In this document: one piece after another, positions 58,406 through 64,000 of the stretch | Numbering within the stretch: position 1 is the stretch's first letter | Layout of the letters: each line of letters begins with the position of its first letter | Source of the DNA: Candidatus Omnitrophota bacterium | Lineage (GTDB): Bacteria; Omnitrophota; Gorgyraeia; Duberdicusellales; 4484-171 | Length of the DNA stretch: 64,000 bases | Reading direction: 5' to 3' | Assembly (NCBI GenBank): GCA_043820815.1 | Contig: JBDRDJ010000005.1 | Span: 105,517-169,516 of the forward strand | The notes under the pieces: model-generated | Database searches by the model: none | Seen by the model: only the letters and a program-made list of their open reading frames with translations | Told to the model about the DNA's origin: nothing | Translations under genes and position numbers: made by a program

Positions 58406-59072
58406 TTACGTTATCTAAATCTACTGCCTCATCTAACTTAAATGCCCCTATACTTAGGCGCTTTATGCTTATCATATGGGCTCCGCATCCTAATACTTCC
58501 CCGATATCCTCGGCTAGTTTTCTAATATATGTCCCTTTTGAGCAATATGCATAAAATTCTACATGAGGCAAATCGATTGAACGCAGCTGAAGGGACTTGA
58601 TAACTATTCTACGAGGTGCCCGCTCTATAGCTATACCGCGCCGGGCAAGGCTGTATAGGCGTTTTCCGCCTATACGGATAGCACTGACCATTGGAGGAAC
58701 TTGTTCGATTTCTCCTTCAAAACGCGAGAAGACATCGCGTATATTCGACTGGGTAATTTTTGTGTAACCGGCTTTTTTGGTAACTTTCCCTTCGCTGTCC
58801 CCGGTAGTTGTAATCTCGCCAAGCTTAAGCACGCCTAAATATTCTTTATCGAAATTAGCGAAGCGATTAAAAAGTTTTGTGGCCTTGCCGACCAAAATAA
58901 TCAATAATCCCTCAGCGATGGGATCGAGCGTGCCCGTATGCCCTACCTTACGCATAGACAGCCTGTTGCGGACGATATCCACAACATCATGGGAAGTAAT
59001 GCCTCTGGGCTTGTTAACCAGAATTATACCCTGTTTTGGGATAATATAACCTGACATTTTATCCGCCATCAC
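58374..59072 (-). CDS. truB: tRNA pseudouridine(55) synthase
   Basis: ..GIILVNKPRGITSHDVV.., catalytic Asp in HTGTLDP, PUA-less short form (232 aa). Confidence 0.9.
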   Translation of the reverse strand: MMADKMSGYIIPKQGIILVNKPRGITSHDVVDIVRNRLSMRKVGHTGTLDPIAEGLLIILVGKATKLFNRFANFDKEYLGVLKLGEITTTGDSEGKVTKKAGYTKITQSNIRDVFSRFEGEIEQVPPMVSAIRIGGKRLYSLARRGIAIERAPRRIVIKSLQLRSIDLPHVEFYAYCSKGTYIRKLAEDIGEVLGCGAHMISIKRLSIGAFKLDEAVDLDNVNESHLRKVTF

Positions 59073-59102
59073 ATAAACCCTAATATATTATTCAGTTTCG
59101 TT

Positions 59103-60059
59103 TTACTTGCGTAACCTTGATCCGTTAGTATAGCGCCTAACAAATGTAATGACTTTCTTCTGGGCACTCTCAAGAGTATCTTCCATGGTAGTACCACTTG
59201 CTCTTTTATGCCCTCCGCCGCCAAAAAATTTAGCAACCCTATTAACATCAACAGACGAACGTGACCGAAAATTTACTCTTATCTTATTCTTTCCTGCTTT
59301 CTTAAAAAGAATAAAGACTTCTACTCCTTTGAGCAATCTCATAATTGAAAAAAGAACCTCTGTTAAGTCATAGTTGCCTTCTCGCCATCTGGTTATAGGA
59401 GCCCAGCAAATTCTTCTGCTTATATCAAATTTAAGAGACGAGACCACCTTGCCCATAAATTTCAGGTCTTCGAGCTGACATGAACTATGTAACTTAACAT
59501 AAATATCGTGAGGATTTATATTGTAAGACATAAGCTTTGCCGAAATATTAAGTGTTTCGGGCTTAGTATTAGCATAAGTAAAATTTCCGGTATCGGTATA
59601 GATACCTGTGTATAAACATATTGCGATCCTCCTGTCCATGATCTTTAGATTACTGGCTATTTTATAAATCATTTGAGCCACAGAGCTTGCTGCGGGATCA
59701 ACCCAGTTCATATCGCCGAAATTGGTATTACTTATATGGTGATCGATATTTATTATGCTTTTGGCTCTGCTTAAATAATCCTTTACCCTGCCTGCGCGGG
59801 AAGAATCGGAGCAGTCTAAAACTATTGCCACATCAAACACTTCATCATCTAATGTATTTCTGATAATATTTGCTCTGGGAAGAAATCCGTATATACGGGG
59901 CGTTGGATCATTATTGCATATTATTACTTTCTTCTTAAGCTTCTTAAGGAGCAGGTAGGTTGCAAGCTCTGAACCTAAGGCATCGCCCTCTAAATTCATA
60001 TGAGCCGTGATTAAAAAACTTTTAGAATTGTGAATTTTATCAATTATCTTCTTAATCAT
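59103..60059 (-). CDS. nrnA: DHH-family phosphoesterase (NrnA-like oligoribonuclease/pAp phosphatase)
   Basis: DHH motifs (..ITAHMNLEGDALGS.., ..VLDCSD.., ..NIDHHISN..) and C-terminal DHHA1 GGGH. Confidence 0.8.
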   Translation of the reverse strand: MIKKIIDKIHNSKSFLITAHMNLEGDALGSELATYLLLKKLKKKVIICNNDPTPRIYGFLPRANIIRNTLDDEVFDVAIVLDCSDSSRAGRVKDYLSRAKSIINIDHHISNTNFGDMNWVDPAASSVAQMIYKIASNLKIMDRRIAICLYTGIYTDTGNFTYANTKPETLNISAKLMSYNINPHDIYVKLHSSCQLEDLKFMGKVVSSLKFDISRRICWAPITRWREGNYDLTEVLFSIMRLLKGVEVFILFKKAGKNKIRVNFRSRSSVDVNRVAKFFGGGGHKRASGTTMEDTLESAQKKVITFVRRYTNGSRLRK

Positions 60060-60445
60060 GGAAGATCCTCTTTAAAATCCGGATTTGTTTTGTTTTTTCT
60101 TAATTCTTCCTGAGATCTCACTTCTTCAATTTTCTTATAAATATCTACACTGTATTTTATAGAATCATCATGTATAAATTTTAACTCGGGTATGAACTTA
60201 AGCCTGACTCTCTTTGCTAAATTGAGACGTATAAATTTGTTCATTGCATTAAGGACTGACTGTGCCTTACCTATCTTTGTCTCATCGAGCATACTAAAGT
60301 ATATCTTACTTTCACTCAAATCAGGGATAGTCTTTACGCTGGTTATTGAAATCATTTCGCAAGCGGGGTCATCTATCTCCTCCATGATTATAATTGTTAT
60401 CTGCTTGCGTATTTCGCTGTTAATCTTATCCATCCTTAATGACAT
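60056..60445 (-). CDS. rbfA: Ribosome-binding factor A
   Basis: KH-like RbfA signature near the C-terminus (..KRVRLKFIPELKFIHDDSIKYS..). The likely start is M36 of the longest ORF (MSLRMDKIN); the upstream 35 codons look non-RbfA. Confidence 0.7.
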   Translation of the reverse strand: MSLRMDKINSEIRKQITIIIMEEIDDPACEMISITSVKTIPDLSESKIYFSMLDETKIGKAQSVLNAMNKFIRLNLAKRVRLKFIPELKFIHDDSIKYSVDIYKKIEEVRSQEELRKNKTNPDFKEDLP

Positions 60446-60552
60446 ATCTTCAATCCATGGTTTAGTTTTGTATTGTAAAATAGGAACCCCATAAACATAT
60501 GCTAAGGTAAAGGGGCAAATTATAGCGTAAATTCTCAGAGTTGACAACAATT

Positions 60553-61845
60553 TTAACTGCCGGCATATTTTTTTATTTTTAGCAATCTCTTATATATACA
60601 TTGTGCGGCCTTTAACTCCTGTTTTTTAGTCCTGAAACCTTTATCAATCTTTGTATCGAGCAATTTACCCATTATCTTACTATATATCTTTGTATGTGTC
60701 ACTCCGATTGCCTTAAGATCATGCCCTTTTGTCAAAAGGCGTGCGTGAACGAGCTTGCCTAAATAGCGGTCAATATTATTCCTGATCCTTTTATCCGGAC
60801 AGCAGGCATAAAAAAACAAAATTGCTTCGAGGCTTAAACCCTTTAGAGTTCGGTACACCCTGTGGGGCAAAACCGTTTTATTTAAGCCATTAATCTTAGA
60901 TTTCGACGTTTTCATTGACAGCAGGCGAATACGCTCATTCTTTTTTAAATCAAACCTCTGGAAAAAATATGCCATATTCTTTTTGGAAAGTTTTACGGAA
61001 AGCGCCCCGAGGTACAAAAGCCATCCTTCAATCCTAAGATGCTTTGGAAACTTTTCTTCATACCATAAAAGCGTTTTTTTAATTCGCGACAACAGAGCAT
61101 AGTCATCCTTTGCTAATTTTATCCTGGCGTCTAAAAAAAAGAGTCCATTGAGTTTATCTATACGTTTTATACAATCTAAAGGCATGGGCTCTTTAAGAAT
61201 GAGTATGATTTCGTCCCGCAAACGATGAGGATGAATAAGCCCTAATGCTTCAAGAGAGTTGGCTTCTTTCATCAAAGTAAAGGTGCGGTGCTCAATTTTA
61301 AAGTTAAACCGCTGCTCAAACCGTATTGCTCTTAAGATTCGGGTTGGATCATCAAGAAAACTCTCATTATGAAGGACTCTTATTGTTCCTTTCTTTAAGT
61401 CAGAAAAACCTCCATGGAAATCAACCAATTTACCGTAATTACCGCTGTTTAAACTTATTGCCATGGCATTTATGGTAAAATCCCTGCGAAATAAATCATC
61501 TTTTAATCCTGAAGGTTTAACTTTGGGCAAAGCTCCGCGGTGAGAATACACTTCAGACCGGGCCGTAGTAAAATCTATCTTGTGGCATTTATAAAATACA
61601 GAAGCGGTTCCAAATGCAGGATACTTACGCAAGTTTGCATTAAAATGAATACTCATTTCTTCAGATAATTTTATAGCATCACCCAAAACGGTTATATCTA
61701 AATCGAACACCGCTTTACTTAATAATAAATCCCTGACAACCCCTCCTACGATATAGGATTGAAAACCTAAACGCTCAGAGAACAACGAAGTAGTTTTAAG
61801 AAATTTCCTGAATTCCAAAGGCAAGGTTTTTAACTTATTTCTCAT
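60553..61845 (-). CDS. cca: tRNA nucleotidyltransferase / poly(A) polymerase family protein (CCA-adding enzyme-like)
   Basis: Pol-beta head motif YIVGGVVRDLLL...DLDITV; ..RDFTINAMA..; 430 aa. Confidence 0.75.
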   Translation of the reverse strand: MRNKLKTLPLEFRKFLKTTSLFSERLGFQSYIVGGVVRDLLLSKAVFDLDITVLGDAIKLSEEMSIHFNANLRKYPAFGTASVFYKCHKIDFTTARSEVYSHRGALPKVKPSGLKDDLFRRDFTINAMAISLNSGNYGKLVDFHGGFSDLKKGTIRVLHNESFLDDPTRILRAIRFEQRFNFKIEHRTFTLMKEANSLEALGLIHPHRLRDEIILILKEPMPLDCIKRIDKLNGLFFLDARIKLAKDDYALLSRIKKTLLWYEEKFPKHLRIEGWLLYLGALSVKLSKKNMAYFFQRFDLKKNERIRLLSMKTSKSKINGLNKTVLPHRVYRTLKGLSLEAILFFYACCPDKRIRNNIDRYLGKLVHARLLTKGHDLKAIGVTHTKIYSKIMGKLLDTKIDKGFRTKKQELKAAQCIYKRLLKIKKYAGS

Positions 61846-61886
61846 TTTATTGTTTGTTTTGACAATGATTCAGTATTAACGGCCGG

Positions 61887-62771
61887 CTATGGTCTTGGAT
61901 GAAATTTCCTGTGAATCTCTTTCAGCCGAGAGGCGTTTACATGCGTATAAATCTGGGTTGTAATAATGCTTGCATGGCCGAGCATTTCTTGAACGCTGCG
62001 CAAATCAGCCCCGCCTTCAAGAAGATGCGTTGCGAAAGAATGCCGCAGCGTATGCGGCACAACCGGCTTACGTATGCCTGCTTTCTTAACCGCAGCCTTA
62101 ACAGCCTTCCAAATGCTTTGACGGCTTAGTTTTCTTCCTCCCTGAGCAAGAAAAATATATGAAGAAACTTTCTTTCCCAAAAGCTTATTTCGCGATTCCG
62201 ACAAATATCTCTCTAAGAAATGCCCGGCAACTTTTCCTAAGGGGACAATCCGTTCTTTGGAGCCTTTTCCTGTTGATTTAAGAAAACCTACATCTATATT
62301 TATGTCAGAAACCTTAAGCCCTGACACCTCTGAAACACGCAATCCGCAGGCGTACATTAATTCTATAATTGCCTTATCACGTAAACCTCTGATATCTTTA
62401 ATGTTTGGAGCTTTGAGCAATCGTTTTATCTCCTGGTGCCCTAAAACAGATGGAATGTTCTTTTCTGTTTTAGGTGATTCTATTAATTCTGTAGGATCAG
62501 AAGAAGATATTTTCTCACGTAAAAGAAAACGATGAAAACTCTTTACCGTAGAAAGAACTCTGGAAATGCTTGTTACCGAAGAACAGATGCGCAGAGAGAA
62601 AAGAAAATCAGTAATAATCTTTGGCGTAATATCTTTTGGTTTTATTATAGATTTTTCCTTAACATAATCGAAATATTTCTTTAGGTCACAATTATAAGAA
62701 ATTATAGTGTTGTGAGACAAACCCTTTTCTACTCTTAGAAAATCCAAGAAGGATTCTTGATATATTTGCAT
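61887..62771 (-). CDS. xerD: Tyrosine site-specific recombinase XerD/XerC-type
   Basis: Core-binding N-terminus, catalytic R..HxxR..Y (..GLRVSE.., HTLRHSFATHLL, ..TTQIYTH..). Confidence 0.85.
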   Translation of the reverse strand: MQIYQESFLDFLRVEKGLSHNTIISYNCDLKKYFDYVKEKSIIKPKDITPKIITDFLFSLRICSSVTSISRVLSTVKSFHRFLLREKISSSDPTELIESPKTEKNIPSVLGHQEIKRLLKAPNIKDIRGLRDKAIIELMYACGLRVSEVSGLKVSDINIDVGFLKSTGKGSKERIVPLGKVAGHFLERYLSESRNKLLGKKVSSYIFLAQGGRKLSRQSIWKAVKAAVKKAGIRKPVVPHTLRHSFATHLLEGGADLRSVQEMLGHASIITTQIYTHVNASRLKEIHRKFHPRP

Positions 62772-62827
62772 GTCAAAACTCCAGGCTCAAGAGTGAAAAA
62801 ATCAAGATAAAAGACTAATTCCTGTAA

Positions 62828-63442
62828 CTATAAGTATGGGTTGCTTTTTGCCTCATCGCCTATGGTGGTCGATTCTCCATGGCCGGGATAGACAATTGTA
62901 TCAGGCGGTAAAACAAGTAATTTATCCCTAATAGACTTAATTAAAAGATCATGGGAACCTAAGGGGATATCCGTCCTGCCCACTGACCGGCAAAAGAGCG
63001 CATCGCCGCTAAAAAGCCGATTACCTATATATACAGATATTGAGCCGGGGGTATGTCCGGGAGTATGAATCGTTTTTAGCTCATGGGATTCAAACTGGAT
63101 TATACCATCTGTTTCAATTACATTAGGCTCCCTTTCGATGATAAAGGGCGCGCCAAAGAAAGAAGAGCCATTTAGGGGTGCTTTTCTAAGAAACGGCTTG
63201 TCTTCTTTATGAACATAAAAAGGCACACATATATCACTTAAGCCTCCTATATGGTCAAAGTGGGCATGAGTTAAAACATAGAAACAAATATCTATGTTCG
63301 CTTTTCCGGCAAAATCCTTAACCTCATCTAAAGGACATGGCGCATCAATTACAAATCCTTTTTTCGATAAAGGATTATAGACAAGGTAACAATTAGTTAA
63401 AAGATCGCCAAGGGCAAATTGTTTTAGCTTTAATTGATTCAT
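62828..63442 (-). CDS. MBL-fold metallo-hydrolase (glyoxalase II-like)
   Basis: HxHxDH motif (THAHFDHIGG) and downstream His/Asp ligands. Confidence 0.8.
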   Translation of the reverse strand: MNQLKLKQFALGDLLTNCYLVYNPLSKKGFVIDAPCPLDEVKDFAGKANIDICFYVLTHAHFDHIGGLSDICVPFYVHKEDKPFLRKAPLNGSSFFGAPFIIEREPNVIETDGIIQFESHELKTIHTPGHTPGSISVYIGNRLFSGDALFCRSVGRTDIPLGSHDLLIKSIRDKLLVLPPDTIVYPGHGESTTIGDEAKSNPYL

Positions 63443-63475
63443 TTCTTTGAAATGATTACAGTGATTATATACAGA

Positions 63476-63967
63476 TTACAACGATGAATCTTCAACCCAT
63501 AAATAGCCTTTGCTGGGCCGCAATTTACTTTCAAATTCCCTCTTGAAGATTATTAAGCGATTGATTAATTTATAACGCCCTGTTTCTGTCATGTTTGGCC
63601 GGCGCGAATAATCCTGTATTATAGATACCAATTCAATTTTTAGCCCGTTTACGGCAACTTTTCCGCTATCGGTGAAAAAACTAATCATCTGCTCAAAGAG
63701 AAAAAGCGCTTCCTCCAGTGATTTCTTTTCTCTTTTAAAATTATTACCGCCCTCTAAAGAATTTATACATTCATCAAGCCATGCCTTGATAATGAAATAA
63801 ACCTCCTCATAGGCTTCAAGTGACATACCTTGAGGATAATCCTTTAAATCAAGATAAACAGAGAAATCGGTTCTGGGTTTTCGTTTGCGTATAAATTTCT
63901 TGCGTATATTATAACACCCTGAAGTTAAAAACAAAACTGCGATAAGAAAAATTGTAATAAATCTCAT
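63476..63967 (-). CDS. Putative lipoprotein (signal peptide + lipobox LTSGC)
   Basis: 163 aa, N-terminal hydrophobic segment ending in LTSGC; no other motif. Confidence 0.4.
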   Translation of the reverse strand: MRFITIFLIAVLFLTSGCYNIRKKFIRKRKPRTDFSVYLDLKDYPQGMSLEAYEEVYFIIKAWLDECINSLEGGNNFKREKKSLEEALFLFEQMISFFTDSGKVAVNGLKIELVSIIQDYSRRPNMTETGRYKLINRLIIFKREFESKLRPSKGYLWVEDSSL

Positions 63968-64000
63968 GTATATTCCCTTTGACCGTAAGCATTATATCAT

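Overview
The window is 64 kb of a low-GC (about 35-40 %) diderm bacterial chromosome. Every convincing gene lies on the minus strand.

Reading left to right (reverse of transcription), the core content is:
- a GIY-YIG nuclease, a CheY-like receiver, serS, an ABC pair and a transglutaminase-like protein;
- an RtcB RNA ligase with archease, then tRNA-Lys;
- a complete rRNA operon (16S, then tRNA-Ile and tRNA-Ala in the spacer, then 23S and 5S);
- uppP, rpsU and a zf-HC2 anti-sigma-like gene;
- a cobalamin-riboswitch-controlled uptake operon (btuB, a PP-loop ATPase, btuFCD) with cobO/btuR nearby;
- pcm, glycolipid and LPS-type transferases, and two HD-GYP proteins with receivers;
- a long dcw cluster (mraZ-rsmH-ftsL-ftsI-murE-murF-mraY-murD-ftsW-murG-X-murC-murB-ddl-ftsQ);
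- ribF, truB, nrnA, rbfA, cca, xerD and an MBL hydrolase.

The 23S gene carries a ~760-nt group I intron encoding a single-motif LAGLIDADG homing endonuclease in the conserved GTGAGACAGT|TCGG segment of domain V.

The accessory and unusual content is:
- a tandem cluster (17.8-21.1 kb, plus a fifth copy at 29.1-29.9 kb) of paralogous secreted proteins; they share an N-terminal (E)KITLTTYYPxPYGxY motif, a dockerin-like DVDGDG calcium-binding loop, GIGT-type glycine repeats and a C-terminal Cys-rich module (YYCGG...C...CP...LGxWGxC...PPGGxC); one copy is broken by a frameshift in a G5 tract;
- a HepT/MntA (HEPN/MNT) toxin-antitoxin pair;
- an ORF-degenerate group II intron (class C-like), inserted after a hairpin, with a 73-aa reverse-transcriptase remnant;
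- a 5S gene flanked by partial 5S copies and 12-nt inverted repeats, and a duplicated 5' half of tRNA-Ile in the spacer;
- several dispersed short repeat families (a GC-rich hairpin ACGGGCGGCCRCAAGGGCCGCCCGT in 4 copies, AAAAGGGGTCAC terminator hairpins, a TTCGTGGTTAA element, CGCATTCCG repeats) and a degenerating heptanucleotide tandem repeat that forms the 3' end of ftsW.

No CRISPR array was seen. All calls come from reading the sequence and motif knowledge only; no database search was run.
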